Of a stretch of DNA of 56,409 bases, positions 37,516 to 51,926 are shown in pieces (position 1 is the first letter of the stretch; the number at the start of each line of letters is the position of its first letter). The translations under genes and the position numbers were made by a program. The notes under the pieces are model-generated. The model was given only the letters and a program-made list of their open reading frames with translations, was not told where the DNA came from and searched no databases. The DNA is from a virus (taxonomy: Duplodnaviria > Heunggongvirae > Uroviricota > Caudoviricetes), in the IMG/VR virus record IMGVR_UViG_2617270940_000006; one strand, 5' to 3'.

Positions 37516-39945
37516 ATGGATCATAGTGTACATAACAAGCTCATCTCATTTATTTGGAACATTGCCGACGACTGTTTACGTGATGTGTACGTTCGCGGTA
37601 AGTACCGCGATGTGATTTTACCTATGGTGGTATTACGACGTTTAGATACGTTACTTGAACCCACCAAAGAAGCCGTGCTTGAAGAGGTCAAGTTCCAAAA
37701 AGAAGAGATGCAAGCCACGGAGCTTGATGATGAACCATTGAAGGCGGCTAGTGGTTATGTTTTTTACAATACATCTAAATGGACCCTGAAATCCCTGTTC
37801 AACACCGCAACGAATAACCAACAGATATTACTCGCCAACTTTGAAGAGTACCTGCTTGGCTTTAGCGATAATGTTAAAGAAATCATTGAATGCTTTAACC
37901 TCAAGTTGCAAATTCGTCACATGGCCTCAAAGCAAGTCCTTCTTGATGTCGTCGAAAAGTTTGTTTCCCCTTACATCAACTTAACTCATGAAACGGTCGA
38001 AGACCCAGATGGCAACAAGATGCCAGCCCTTACTAACCTGGGTATGGGGTACGTGTTCGAAGAGTTGATCCGTAAGTTCAACGAGGAGAATAACGAAGAA
38101 GCCGGTGAGCACTTTACACCTAGGGAAGTGATTGAGCTGATGACACACTTGGTTTTTGACCCAGTGAAAGAGCAGCTACCATTGACCATGACCGTTTACG
38201 ACCCTGCGTGTGGTAGCGGTGGTATGCTCACTGAATCTCAAAACTTCATTGAAGAGAAATACCCGAACGACAGCCGAGATATTTACCTTTACGGCAAAGA
38301 GATCAATGACGAGACCTACGCGATTTGTAAATCGGACATGATGATCAAAGGTAACAACCCTGAGAACATCAAGGTAGGCTCAACCTTGTCTACCGACGAG
38401 TTTGCGGCTTCTCGCTTTGACTTTATGTTGTCTAACCCGCCATACGGTAAGAGTTGGGCGTCTGAACAGAAGTACATTAAAGACGGCAGTGATGTGATTG
38501 ACCCGCGTTTTAAGGTTAGCCTGAAAGACTATTGGGGAAATCTCGAAGTGGTGGATGCCACGCCACGTTCGAGTGATGGCCAGCTGCTTTTCTTAATGGA
38601 GATGGTCAACAAGATGAAAGATCCGAGCGTAAGTCCATTAGGCAGCCGGATTGCCTCTGTTCATAACGGCTCATCGCTCTTTACCGGTGATGCGGGCAGT
38701 GGCGAAAGTAATATTCGTCGCTTCATCATTGAAAACGACATGCTAGATGCCATCGTTCAGTTACCTAATAACCTGTTCTATAACACTGGCATTACCACTT
38801 ACATTTGGGTGTTGAACAACAATAAACCTGAGGCGCGTAAAGGTAAGGTGCAATTAATTGATGCCAGCTTGCTCTACCGTAAGTTGCGCAAGAACTTAGG
38901 TAACAAAAACTGCGAATTTGCGCCTGAGCACATCACGGAAATTACCGATACTTACCTCGCGTGTAAGGATGTTGAAAGAGCACTGGATGCAAACAATGAT
39001 CCTGTTGGCATCGCCAGTAAGGTATTCAGCAATGACGATTTTGGCTACTACAAAGTCACTATAGAGCGCCCAGATCGCCGCAAAGCCAAGTTTACTCAAG
39101 ACGCAATAGCCCCACTGCGTTTTGATAAGCAACTTAGTGAAGTGATGGAGTACGTGTACGCAGAGCACGGCGAACGTGTTTACGAAAAAACTGGCTACGG
39201 GTCAGCTCAGAAAAAGAGCTTCTTAAAATCCATCGAGAAAGACATTCTTTCTTGGTGTGAAGATAACGACATCAGTCTCAATGCTAAGGCTAAGGCCAAA
39301 CTGCTTGATGTGAAACACTGGCTGGCGCTAAAAGCATTGCTTGAAACTGCACAAACGCTGATGGCTGACATCGGTAGCATTGAATTTGATGACTTCAATA
39401 GCTTTAAAACCCAAGTTGATAAATCGCTAAAAGCCCATGCTATTAAGCTTTCAGCACCTGAGAAAAATGCCATTCTTCACGCGGTGAGCTGGTATGACGA
39501 AACCGCCAAGAAAGTGGTTAAAAAGGTAGTTAAATTAACGGGTGATAAATTAAACGACCTGCTGGAGCGCTATGAGTGTGAAGTCGCTGACTTGCCAGAT
39601 TTTGGTTATTACCCCGTTCCTTCAGCAGAAGGCGGTAAAAAAGGCGAGTATATCACTTACGAGACCAATTCAGACCTGCGAGATACAGAATCTGTTCCAT
39701 TAAAGCAAAGCATTTACCAGTACTTCCTAGATGAAGTGAAGCCTCATGTCGATGAAGCATGGATAAACCTAGATACGGTAAAAATTGGCTATGAAATCAG
39801 CTTCAATAAGTATTTCTACCGTCATAAACCGCTGCGTAGTTTAGAAGAGGTCGCAACCGACATCATCAACCTAGAACAAAAAGCCGAAGGTCTCATTGCG
39901 CAGATATTGGGTGTTAAAGTGGCGGAAGCTCAGGGAGAAGCGTAA
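37516..39945 (+). CDS. hsdM: Type I restriction-modification methyltransferase subunit (HsdM), unusually long
   Basis: Motif I DPACGSGGML and motif IV NPPYG; about 810 aa from the ATG at 37516. Confidence 0.9.
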   Translation: MDHSVHNKLISFIWNIADDCLRDVYVRGKYRDVILPMVVLRRLDTLLEPTKEAVLEEVKFQKEEMQATELDDEPLKAASGYVFYNTSKWTLKSLFNTATNNQQILLANFEEYLLGFSDNVKEIIECFNLKLQIRHMASKQVLLDVVEKFVSPYINLTHETVEDPDGNKMPALTNLGMGYVFEELIRKFNEENNEEAGEHFTPREVIELMTHLVFDPVKEQLPLTMTVYDPACGSGGMLTESQNFIEEKYPNDSRDIYLYGKEINDETYAICKSDMMIKGNNPENIKVGSTLSTDEFAASRFDFMLSNPPYGKSWASEQKYIKDGSDVIDPRFKVSLKDYWGNLEVVDATPRSSDGQLLFLMEMVNKMKDPSVSPLGSRIASVHNGSSLFTGDAGSGESNIRRFIIENDMLDAIVQLPNNLFYNTGITTYIWVLNNNKPEARKGKVQLIDASLLYRKLRKNLGNKNCEFAPEHITEITDTYLACKDVERALDANNDPVGIASKVFSNDDFGYYKVTIERPDRRKAKFTQDAIAPLRFDKQLSEVMEYVYAEHGERVYEKTGYGSAQKKSFLKSIEKDILSWCEDNDISLNAKAKAKLLDVKHWLALKALLETAQTLMADIGSIEFDDFNSFKTQVDKSLKAHAIKLSAPEKNAILHAVSWYDETAKKVVKKVVKLTGDKLNDLLERYECEVADLPDFGYYPVPSAEGGKKGEYITYETNSDLRDTESVPLKQSIYQYFLDEVKPHVDEAWINLDTVKIGYEISFNKYFYRHKPLRSLEEVATDIINLEQKAEGLIAQILGVKVAEAQGEA

Positions 39946-41267
39946 TGGAGCGTTTAGCATTGATGCCGAAATATGAGGATTATGTAGATTCTGGAGTTGA
40001 ATGGTTAGGGGATTTACCGAGCCATTGGGACGCAGTAAAAATGAAGTTTCTTTTCAAAGATACGTCGATGAAAAACAAGCCTAACGAAACTTTATTATCT
40101 GTTACACAAAGTCAAGGTGTTGTTCCCAGAGAGTGGGTAGAAAACAGAATGGTTATGCCATCTGGCAATCTAGAAAGCTTCAAGTTCATTGCAAAAGGTG
40201 ACTTTGCTATAAGCCTTCGTTCCTTTGAAGGTGGTTTGGAGTATTGTCATCATGATGGAATCATAAGCCCTGCTTATACGGTGTTAAAAACTAAGAAAGA
40301 TTATCTACTTGCAGGATATTACAAATATTTGTTTAAAAGTCAGACTTTTATTTCAGAGTTACAAACATCGATTGTAGGGATTCGTGAAGGAAAAAACATC
40401 AGTTATGAGGAGTTGCAATATTCACTTCTTCCTATTCCGGCTGAAGAAGAACAAACCCGTATCGCCAACTTCCTCGACAAGAAAACCGCTCTAATCGACG
40501 AAGCGATTTCGATCAAAGAGCAGCAAATTAGCCTGCTGAAAGAGCGTAAGCAGATCATCATCCAACAGGCGGTGACCCAAGGGCTTGATCCCAATGTGCC
40601 AATGAAAGACTCCGGTGTGGATTGGATTGGAGATATTCCAGAGCATTGGGAAGTTGTGCCTCTAAAAAGGTTGGCGGTCTTGAGCCCTTCTGTGAAAGTT
40701 TCAAATAGAAAGTCCAAAGAATTAGTTACTTTCTTAGCGATGGAAAAGGTTTCAACAGATGGATTTATTGATCAAGATACATTAATGCCTATATGTGATG
40801 TGAGCCAAGGTTTTACGGTTTTTAACCGGGGGGATGTGATTGTTGCAAAAATTACACCTTGCTTTGAAAATGGGAAATCTGCTTGGCTTAACAATCTTCA
40901 AACTGAGTTTGGATACGGCTCAACCGAGTTTCACGTTTTAAGATGTGGTCAGAGAATTATAGGAAGTTTTCTCTACTTAATCGTTAGTTCGCCCCTTTTT
41001 CTTAATGCCGGTGAGGCTATGATGACTGGTTCAGCTGGTCAGAAGCGCGTGCCTAGTTCATTTATCCAAAACTTTCCTACCGCAATTCCCGGAGTTGCAG
41101 AGCAAGAAAAAATAGTATCAAAGGTAAAAGAGCTGTTTTCACAGATTGATGTTGTTGTGGCTTCTACGGTAAATCAAATCGAAAAGCTCAAAGAATACAA
41201 AACCACCCTGATCAACAGCGCCGTGACAGGAAAAATAAAAATCACCCCGGAAATGGTTGAGCAATAG
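39945..41267 (+). CDS. hsdS: Type I restriction-modification specificity subunit (HsdS)
   Basis: 440 aa with two repeated target-recognition-like halves and conserved central/C-terminal helices; start overlaps the hsdM stop. Confidence 0.8.
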   Translation: MERLALMPKYEDYVDSGVEWLGDLPSHWDAVKMKFLFKDTSMKNKPNETLLSVTQSQGVVPREWVENRMVMPSGNLESFKFIAKGDFAISLRSFEGGLEYCHHDGIISPAYTVLKTKKDYLLAGYYKYLFKSQTFISELQTSIVGIREGKNISYEELQYSLLPIPAEEEQTRIANFLDKKTALIDEAISIKEQQISLLKERKQIIIQQAVTQGLDPNVPMKDSGVDWIGDIPEHWEVVPLKRLAVLSPSVKVSNRKSKELVTFLAMEKVSTDGFIDQDTLMPICDVSQGFTVFNRGDVIVAKITPCFENGKSAWLNNLQTEFGYGSTEFHVLRCGQRIIGSFLYLIVSSPLFLNAGEAMMTGSAGQKRVPSSFIQNFPTAIPGVAEQEKIVSKVKELFSQIDVVVASTVNQIEKLKEYKTTLINSAVTGKIKITPEMVEQ

Positions 41268-41276
41268 GACGCGAAT

Positions 41277-42440
41277 ATGTTCACGGTAAATCATCAGGCC
41301 AATAGGATTAGTCCGGTTAAGACTAAGAGATTCAGTGAGTTGGGCTTTACTGAGCGCAAAAATCTTCAGGAATGGTTGGCACACGAGCCTTCCGCACTGG
41401 GTGAAGAGCTGCTGATTATTCAAAAAGAGTTCGATGGCTTTGATGACACCCGTGAACGCTTAGATTTACTGGCACTGGATAAAGATGGCAACTTGGTCAT
41501 TATTGAAAACAAGCTGGACGACAGTGGCCGCGATGTGGTGTGGCAGGCGCTTAAATATGCCTCTTACTGTGCCAGTTTAACCAAAGCGCAAATCGTTGAA
41601 ATTTACCAGCAGTACTTAGACCGCTATGAGCATGTAACAGGAGAGGTTGACTTGTTTAATACCCCTGCAAGTGCCTCTGCTAGAATATGTGAGTTTTTGG
41701 ATGCGCCCGATCTCGATGAGTTAAAGCTCAACCTGGGTAACAGCCAGCGCATTATGTTAGTTGCGGCAAACTTTCGCAAAGAAGTGACCTGCACCGCGCT
41801 GTGGTTATTGGGTCAAGGCATTAGCATTGCCTGCTTCAAAATCACGCCTTATTCACTGGGTGAACAGCTACTGATTAATATTGACCAGATCATTCCAACG
41901 CCAGAAGCGAAAGAGTTGATGATCGGCATTAATGCCAAGGAAGCGGAAGAAAAAACCACCGAAGTGGTACTAAAAAACCGCCATACCGTGCGTCGCAAGT
42001 ACTGGGAGCGTGCCTTAGAGGCGTTTCAGAAAAGCGCTTGCCAACTCTATAACAACATTAGCCCAAGCAAAGATCATTGGTTATCAGCAGGCTCAGGGCT
42101 AAGTGGATGTCCGTATAACCTGATATTTCTGCAAAAAGAGCTTCGAGTAGAGCTTTGGATCAGCCGTGGGGTTACCGAAGAGAATAAATACCTTTTTGAT
42201 TTGTTGAGTCAGTCCAAACAAGACATTGAGCATACTTTTGGTGCAGAACTTGAGTGGATGAGGCTGGATGAGAAGAAATCTTGCCGTATCCAGTTTTCGA
42301 CCAAAGCTGACGGGTTTAACAAAGAGACTTGGCCCCAAGCGGTTGCGTGGCACTTAGAGCAGATGACAAAGTTAGAAAAAGCCTTGAAAGGACCGCTGCA
42401 AAAAGCGGCTGAAGCAATGAAACAGAAGAATTTTGATTAA
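41277..42440 (+). CDS. PD-(D/E)xK-like protein embedded between hsdS and hsdR
   Basis: 387 aa; N-terminal D...ENK arrangement (DLLALDKDGNLVIIENK) suggests a restriction-endonuclease-like fold; function unknown. Confidence 0.5.
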   Translation: MFTVNHQANRISPVKTKRFSELGFTERKNLQEWLAHEPSALGEELLIIQKEFDGFDDTRERLDLLALDKDGNLVIIENKLDDSGRDVVWQALKYASYCASLTKAQIVEIYQQYLDRYEHVTGEVDLFNTPASASARICEFLDAPDLDELKLNLGNSQRIMLVAANFRKEVTCTALWLLGQGISIACFKITPYSLGEQLLINIDQIIPTPEAKELMIGINAKEAEEKTTEVVLKNRHTVRRKYWERALEAFQKSACQLYNNISPSKDHWLSAGSGLSGCPYNLIFLQKELRVELWISRGVTEENKYLFDLLSQSKQDIEHTFGAELEWMRLDEKKSCRIQFSTKADGFNKETWPQAVAWHLEQMTKLEKALKGPLQKAAEAMKQKNFD

Positions 42441-42454
42441 GGGAATTTACAATT

Positions 42455-46173
<3,719 letters not shown>

Positions 46174-46353
46174 CCACTTCATCTACACTCGCGGCATTGG
46201 AAGCAAAGATATGGTCGTCTGGCACCTGATGCACATTGATAAGGCTATCAACCACACGCTGGAGAAGTTCTTTCCACCAGCCTGAACACAATGATTGTGC
46301 GCCTTATAGCGCCCATTAAGATAGATAAGTACTTACCAACAAGGAGAAAACAC

Positions 46354-46629
46354 ATGAAGACTTTGGTTCGCATTTCATCTAGTACCGACTATGACGTTTA
46401 CCCGTTGTTCATGATCAAGTGCGACGGGCTGAACGATGAAGAAATTCAATCGGCAATTGAACGCAATCTAGTTGAATACACAGGAATGGATGCGGATTCT
46501 ATTTATATCGATGATGACGGTGTTTGTTGGCACAACGGTAGCTGCTGGTACGTCGACGACACAATGCTGGTAAGCGATGAAGACGCGGCCCATCTTGAGC
46601 GCATTTTGGGTATCAGCACTTTTGAGTGA
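46354..46629 (+). CDS. Hypothetical protein
   Basis: 92 aa from the ATG with the conserved start context; first gene of a short coupled operon. Confidence 0.4.
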   Translation: MKTLVRISSSTDYDVYPLFMIKCDGLNDEEIQSAIERNLVEYTGMDADSIYIDDDGVCWHNGSCWYVDDTMLVSDEDAAHLERILGISTFE

Positions 46630-46844
46630 TATTTACAGCAAAAATATATAAGTTAGCATTTACCTATCATGAAAATTTTATTAGATATCACGTTACTTAT
46701 TATCTCGATAGCCTTTGTGCTCGACTGCATCTTCACAGGGGCAATCCGTAAAGCGCTGGCGCCTGTTAATGATGTGATGATCAATGCGCTGGCCGTAGTA
46801 CTGGTCTTCGACTCAGCATTAGGCGTTTTCAAAGGAGTCGTGGC

Positions 46845-47180
46845 ATGAAGAAAACAGCCCTGGTACTGGCGCTGCTCACTCTCCCCGTCTTTGCGGACAC
46901 ACATGTCTATGAGTGCGAAATGTTTGTGGTCGAAGCGAAAAACGGCCTGATCCGCAACGTCGTTAAAGCTAATTACGGCGCGATGGTTGTGGACCGTGGC
47001 GAACAGTTTTATGTGGTACGCGATGATCGCGTCCTGTCTTCCCCGTTTCTCACTAAACGTAACGGCGAACTATCTGGCGTAGGTAAAGATAGGTTCGTTT
47101 ACAACAAATCGGGTGATGTATACGGCGTTCACGCGAAGAACGACAGCTACCTTTTCGATGACTGCAAGGAGATTAGTTGA
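46845..47180 (+). CDS. Secreted hypothetical protein
   Basis: Signal peptide (MKKTALVLALLTLPVFA); coupled by ATGA to an upstream 59-codon membrane ORF at 46669-46848. Confidence 0.45.
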   Translation: MKKTALVLALLTLPVFADTHVYECEMFVVEAKNGLIRNVVKANYGAMVVDRGEQFYVVRDDRVLSSPFLTKRNGELSGVGKDRFVYNKSGDVYGVHAKNDSYLFDDCKEIS

Positions 47181-47392
47181 TGGCGGTTACACTGACAGGT
47201 CTGGAAATCGAAAAAACAAGCGGCTACTGGCGTGCCAAAGGGTTCAAGCAGTCCGGCGTACTGGAACGACTGGAACGTGAAGATGGGTATATTGTCCACC
47301 AGCGACGTGAATGGCACATGTACGATCCGGAAACAGGTAAGCTCGCAACGAAGGCCGGGACACTCTGGGGTCTGCTGAAGAAAATCCACTGA
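47177..47392 (+). CDS. Hypothetical small protein
   Basis: 71-aa ORF coupled to the preceding gene. Confidence 0.35.
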   Translation: MMAVTLTGLEIEKTSGYWRAKGFKQSGVLERLEREDGYIVHQRREWHMYDPETGKLATKAGTLWGLLKKIH

Positions 47393-47398
47393 TAACAC

Positions 47399-47998
47399 TA
47401 TCCACTGCGGTGAGTAGCCAGTTCACCGCGTGTGAATCCGGCTCATAACCACTGTAGCGAGTAGAACACCCTTCAGGTATGCCCCCCAACCACTGTAGTG
47501 AGCAAACCCTCTGCCACGATATCAACTATCCACTGTAGTGAGTAAATTGGTGATTATCGGGGTCGCTATACACTGTAGTGAGTAAACAGGCGTTCACTGA
47601 CTACAAACAACCACTATAGAGAGTGATGGAATGCCCCCTCCAGCGGATATCCACTATGGAGAGTAAATCTTCGCTGTTTTAAACGGATATCCACTCACTA
47701 CAGTGGATAGAGGTCAAGTCAGCCAATTCTGCTCTTCACAGTGGATAGTCAACAATGAGGAGAGCGACGATAACCGCTGTAGAGAGTAGACTTAACAGAG
47801 ATACCCAGTGACCGCTAACCTCTCAGCCCTTGTTTTATCTATGTTTGCAACCACTAACATTTACTTCGCGATTTGTGCGCACTGCCTACAGTGGTTATTC
47901 TTCGGTTTCTTTTACTCACTACAGTGGATATTGCATTTCCGATAAACAAAAAGGCTCACTACAGTGGATAGTGAGCCTTTTTACTCTCTACAGTGGTT
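47399..47998. repeat. Iteron array downstream of repA (incA-like copy-control locus)
   Basis: About 14 copies of a 19-bp-class repeat with core CCACTGTAGTGAGTA, in both orientations. Confidence 0.8.
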
Positions 47999-48001
47999 GG
48001 G

Positions 48002-49057
48002 CTATTTGCGAGCCTTTGCCTTGCGCAGCTCTTCGAGAATCGCCAGTTCTTCCTTGCTCAACATGACCATTTCCCCGTCTTTTTCTTCAGGGGCAACATC
48101 GATAATGTCCTCCGGATCATCACCTGGCAAGATATCTTCTGGCTCTTCAGGCGTGGCCATAGATGGCGGCAGTGCCGAACGTAACTTCGGCCGTCTATAG
48201 TGGATGACGAAGTAGACCGAGCTGCCGCGTTTCACTTCAGTGTAATCGAGATAGCCGATCTCTCGCAGCTGCTCCATCGCCTTCCTGACTGTCGCATTCT
48301 GGGTAATGGTGCGGCTGGTTAAGTTAAGTCTGGCGCGTAAGCGAGCCAATGAGATTGGCGCCGGGTCTGGTGGCAAACTTTCAATGAAGGTGTAGAGCGC
48401 CTGCGCGGATTCTTTTCTGGAGAGTTCGTTGATGGCCCGAAGTTGCAAAAGCACCTTTTTGTCGAACTGGTAAAGTTCGAAAATCTTAGGATCGGCCTTC
48501 AGTTCGACCGTGTCATTCTTGGTACTGTACTTTGCCGTCTGCACAAGGTGCGTAACGTAATACTCTTCAGAGCCTTTGCTGCGGAATGAGATGGTGTTTG
48601 TGGCGATACGACTTAGAGAGCTGTCCAGGCGCTTACGTAACTTCGCGGACGATCTGGCTGTTGGTATGCCACAAAGTCTGACGAACTCGACGAACGGCAA
48701 CGTGACGGTGTCACCAACAACCTTGTGCTTGGCGAACGCGTGGATGATGCCCACCCATGTTTTGAAATCGTTATCCATATCAAGACGAAGACCAGCAATC
48801 CTTATATCCTCGTACCCTTCGGCTTTGGCCAGAGACAGCTGTTTGAGTTCAGCGGAGGCGTCCATAGAGACCATTTGCCCCTTTCTACCCCTGGATGTCG
48901 ATTTCAGCGTCGGAACGAAGAGACCAAGACGCATCAGAGCAACAGGCTGAACTGTGTTGTTGGTGTTAGGAACTAACGTAACAACTTCGCCGGTCTTTTT
49001 GTCTGTTTCGGAAAATGCTTCGCTTATCGCAATGTTTTTATTGTCGTTTACGCTCAT
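48002..49057 (-). CDS. repA: RepA replication initiator (P1 RepA-like)
   Basis: [19 protein letters not shown] and later blocks match recalled P1 RepA; flanked by iterons on both sides; about 65-aa acidic C-terminal extension. Confidence 0.9.
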   Translation of the reverse strand: MSVNDNKNIAISEAFSETDKKTGEVVTLVPNTNNTVQPVALMRLGLFVPTLKSTSRGRKGQMVSMDASAELKQLSLAKAEGYEDIRIAGLRLDMDNDFKTWVGIIHAFAKHKVVGDTVTLPFVEFVRLCGIPTARSSAKLRKRLDSSLSRIATNTISFRSKGSEEYYVTHLVQTAKYSTKNDTVELKADPKIFELYQFDKKVLLQLRAINELSRKESAQALYTFIESLPPDPAPISLARLRARLNLTSRTITQNATVRKAMEQLREIGYLDYTEVKRGSSVYFVIHYRRPKLRSALPPSMATPEEPEDILPGDDPEDIIDVAPEEKDGEMVMLSKEELAILEELRKAKARK

Positions 49058-49100
49058 TCCAAATGTCTCTTTTTATTCGACGGCTTGGGTGCCTTTACTG

Positions 49101-49339
49101 ATTACAGTGGATAGTAGCACCCATCACAGTGGTTATCCTACCGCCTACAGCGGTTTTTCTACTCTCCATAGTGGTTGATTTACTCTCTATAGTGGTTGTT
49201 CTTCTCACTATAGTGGATATCGATAACCTCTAAAGCCATGTGGCACAACGGTTTGCAGGGGCCGGGGATCTCTTTGGGTCTTTGTGGTTCTCTTTGGTTC
49301 TAACAGGGATCTGAATTACTGGATCGGGCCTGTGTATAA
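49101..49339. promoter_or_regulatory. Origin-like module: 6 iterons, GATC cluster, DnaA-box-like site
   Basis: Iterons (core CTACAGTGGTTAT) at about 21-bp spacing over 49101-49225; GATC at 49267, 49308 and 49322; TTATACACA on the complementary strand at 49331-49339. Confidence 0.75.
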
Positions 49340-49500
49340 AAATCAGATAATTACAAAATCAGGCATCACTCCCCTTCTGGGGATAATGTGTGATCGAAAT
49401 AAACACGCCGCAACGCAAAATTTACAATATTTCCAAGAATATCAGTCATCTGCCGCAGAAAAACAGGCTCGGAGTTATCCAGTTAAAACATTGTCTCCTA

Positions 49501-49714
49501 CTCACTACAGTGGATACCGACTACTCTCCAGAGAGGTTGTTTTGCTCTTCATAGCGGTTATTATGCTCTCTACAGTGGTTATTTTGCTCCCTATAGTGGA
49601 TAGTAACCCCTTCTCAAGCCAGTAACCGCAAGCGCTGGAGACGATCGGGGATCTCTTTTGATCTTCTGTAGGATCTCTCTGGGGATCTAAATATTGGATC
49701 GGGCCTGTGAATAA
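49501..49714. repeat. Second iteron / GATC / DnaA-box module
   Basis: About 5 iterons over 49501-49608; six GATC sites over 49643-49700; TTATTCACA on the complementary strand at 49706-49714. Confidence 0.65.
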
Positions 49715-49799
49715 AGTGAATAAGTAAACAGGCATTTGCAAACTCCGGTGCGCCTTATCCGTTATCGTTGCCCCGGACAAAATTATTTGAACAAGAATT

Positions 49800-50444
49800 A
49801 TGGATCTTAAACGCACGCGCTGGGTTCGCCGTCTTGAAGATGGCTCCTACACCATTGAATCAAACACTAGTCTGAACAAACAGAAGTTGCTCTGCGACCT
49901 TTGCGGCATTGCTTCGAAATGCCCGATTAACGAAACCCGGCTTAAACTCCACGACGCCGGTGCGCATTTCCACCTAAACAGCTGCATACGTTACGTGCCA
50001 CTACTAGCATTTCGTAAACCGATCATCGGATTGGATGCTCCCTACTTCAACACACTGCGCTCTGGTGTCACTTGGCGAGATCGTGTCGAACCTGGCAAAC
50101 TCGTTTGTCTGGTTGAAGCTGATACCGGAAATGTCATCCGGTTCGGGAGAGTTGATAAGGTCTACTCAGGCCCAGTGGATGAAATGCTGCGGAAACACAG
50201 CCGATTTAACCATCTCTGCATGGGCGGAGAGAAGATTGAGAAGGTTGGCGAAGTAATTCGCAAATCTTACGGACACTTTCTGAATGATAACAGCCTTCTG
50301 ACAGCCATTTACATTCGCCATGTCGATCGGGAGTTCGACACGGAGTATCACAGTGCTGAAGAGTTGAATCTTGTAGACCCTCGTCCAAAAGCTGGGGTAA
50401 TAGACATCAGCAGAGCGCGTCAGAAGCCCTCAGAGACGTTTTAA
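49800..50444 (+). CDS. Hypothetical protein
   Basis: 214-aa ORF; no recognisable motif. Confidence 0.45.
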   Translation: MDLKRTRWVRRLEDGSYTIESNTSLNKQKLLCDLCGIASKCPINETRLKLHDAGAHFHLNSCIRYVPLLAFRKPIIGLDAPYFNTLRSGVTWRDRVEPGKLVCLVEADTGNVIRFGRVDKVYSGPVDEMLRKHSRFNHLCMGGEKIEKVGEVIRKSYGHFLNDNSLLTAIYIRHVDREFDTEYHSAEELNLVDPRPKAGVIDISRARQKPSETF

Positions 50445-50840
50445 AGGCAAACTCATGCTTTTTACCGGGCATAAAATATGGTGTCTTAGAAAGACACTGA
50501 GAGCTTTAGGGATTAATGCATGAGTGAATTTTATTCAAGAGCAGAAACTGTGGCCGACGGATGCGTTTGAAGACGACGCACGCAAACGCCGTAGATGTCA
50601 TCTCACAACTTCACCGTCCGTTCTCCTTTTTCATTTCTTGTCATCAGTAAATGACTGCTCTCATAAAATTGCTTGTGACGTTTAGAAATCGTTGCTGCCC
50701 TATCTGATAGGTATTTACTTACTTATTTTTTTGTCATTATCATGTGCCTTTATATTCTTTTGTATGCCGTGTTGTCTGGGTTGTACGCCTCTTATGCACG
50801 CTTAGAATTTGTATCAAAATAACCACAAAGGAAAAGACAC

Positions 50841-51926
50841 ATGACATTGCCATACGGGGTAATATCAGATCCCCATTATCATCGTTGGGATGCTTTTGCG
50901 ACAACAAACGCTGACGGGCTTAACTCTCGGCTGGAGATCCAACTGGACGCTACGAAGGAGGCGGCCAAAGCGATGAAAGCTGCTGGCTGTAAGCACATGC
51001 TGGTAGCTGGTGATACCTTCCATGTTCGCGGTGCTATATCACCTTCCGTTCTGCATTTCGTGACCGAAACTTACGAGTGGATCATCAAAGAGTTGGGTCT
51101 CAAGGTGGTAATGCTGGCTGGCAACCACGACCTCGAAACCAACGATTCCGTATACAGCGCCAATGCAGCAGCCTCTCTGCGCTCAATCGGTGTGGAAATC
51201 GTCTGCGGCAAACGTCCTCATTCCATCAAAATGGGCGACGTAACCGTCCATCTGATTAGCTGGCGTAATAACCACGCAGAACTTATCAGCGATCTCAAAA
51301 CGCTGCGTTCCGGGCTGGATGGTGACAACCATGATGTTGTTGTACATACCTCAATCAACAAAGCGATCCCCACCATGCCCGATGTCGGCATCGACGCACA
51401 GGAACTGAAAGATATCGGCTTCCGTTTATTGTTGTCCGGGCACTACCACAACCACAAAGAAGTGCTGCCTGGAGTGGTAAGTATCGGGGCGCTGACACAC
51501 CAGAATTGGGGGGATGTTGGTTCACTGGCCGGCTTCATGATCGTCAAACCGGACGGCTCATTCACTCACCACGAAACCTCGGCACCTAAATTCGTGAACC
51601 TTGAGGACGATGTAGATGACGATCAGATTCGCGGCAACTACGTGCGCTTCCGTGCCGTTGTTGAGAGCGATGAAGAAGGCATCAAACTTCAGAACGTCCT
51701 GAAAACAATGGGCGCGAAGGGTGTCGTCTGCAACTTCATTCGCAAGGCATCGATGATGGAAGGCGCTGCCAGTACTGCGGAAACCAGCAAAATTGACAGC
51801 CTGGGAGAGTCCGTTGCGGCGTACTGCAAGATCGTTCACGACACTGACGGTGGCTTCGACCTGAGCAAACTGGACATACTGTGTCAGGAGATCTTGACCG
51901 AAGCAGAGAGTGCGGAGGCTGTGTGA
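50841..51926 (+). CDS. SbcD/Mre11-like nuclease
   Basis: Calcineurin-like phosphoesterase motifs DPHYH, GDTFH, GNHD; conserved start context. Confidence 0.8.
   Translation: MTLPYGVISDPHYHRWDAFATTNADGLNSRLEIQLDATKEAAKAMKAAGCKHMLVAGDTFHVRGAISPSVLHFVTETYEWIIKELGLKVVMLAGNHDLETNDSVYSANAAASLRSIGVEIVCGKRPHSIKMGDVTVHLISWRNNHAELISDLKTLRSGLDGDNHDVVVHTSINKAIPTMPDVGIDAQELKDIGFRLLLSGHYHNHKEVLPGVVSIGALTHQNWGDVGSLAGFMIVKPDGSFTHHETSAPKFVNLEDDVDDDQIRGNYVRFRAVVESDEEGIKLQNVLKTMGAKGVVCNFIRKASMMEGAASTAETSKIDSLGESVAAYCKIVHDTDGGFDLSKLDILCQEILTEAESAEAV

Noticed and set aside
49284-49625. 113-aa plus-strand ORF between the two ori-like modules
   Set aside because: It reads through iterons and GATC clusters; coding potential is unlikely in an origin region.
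47399-49714. Arrays of short repeats that could be mistaken for a CRISPR array
   Set aside because: Repeats are about 19 bp, occur in both orientations with irregular spacing, flank a RepA gene and come with GATC clusters and DnaA-box-like sites. They are iterons; there are no cas genes.
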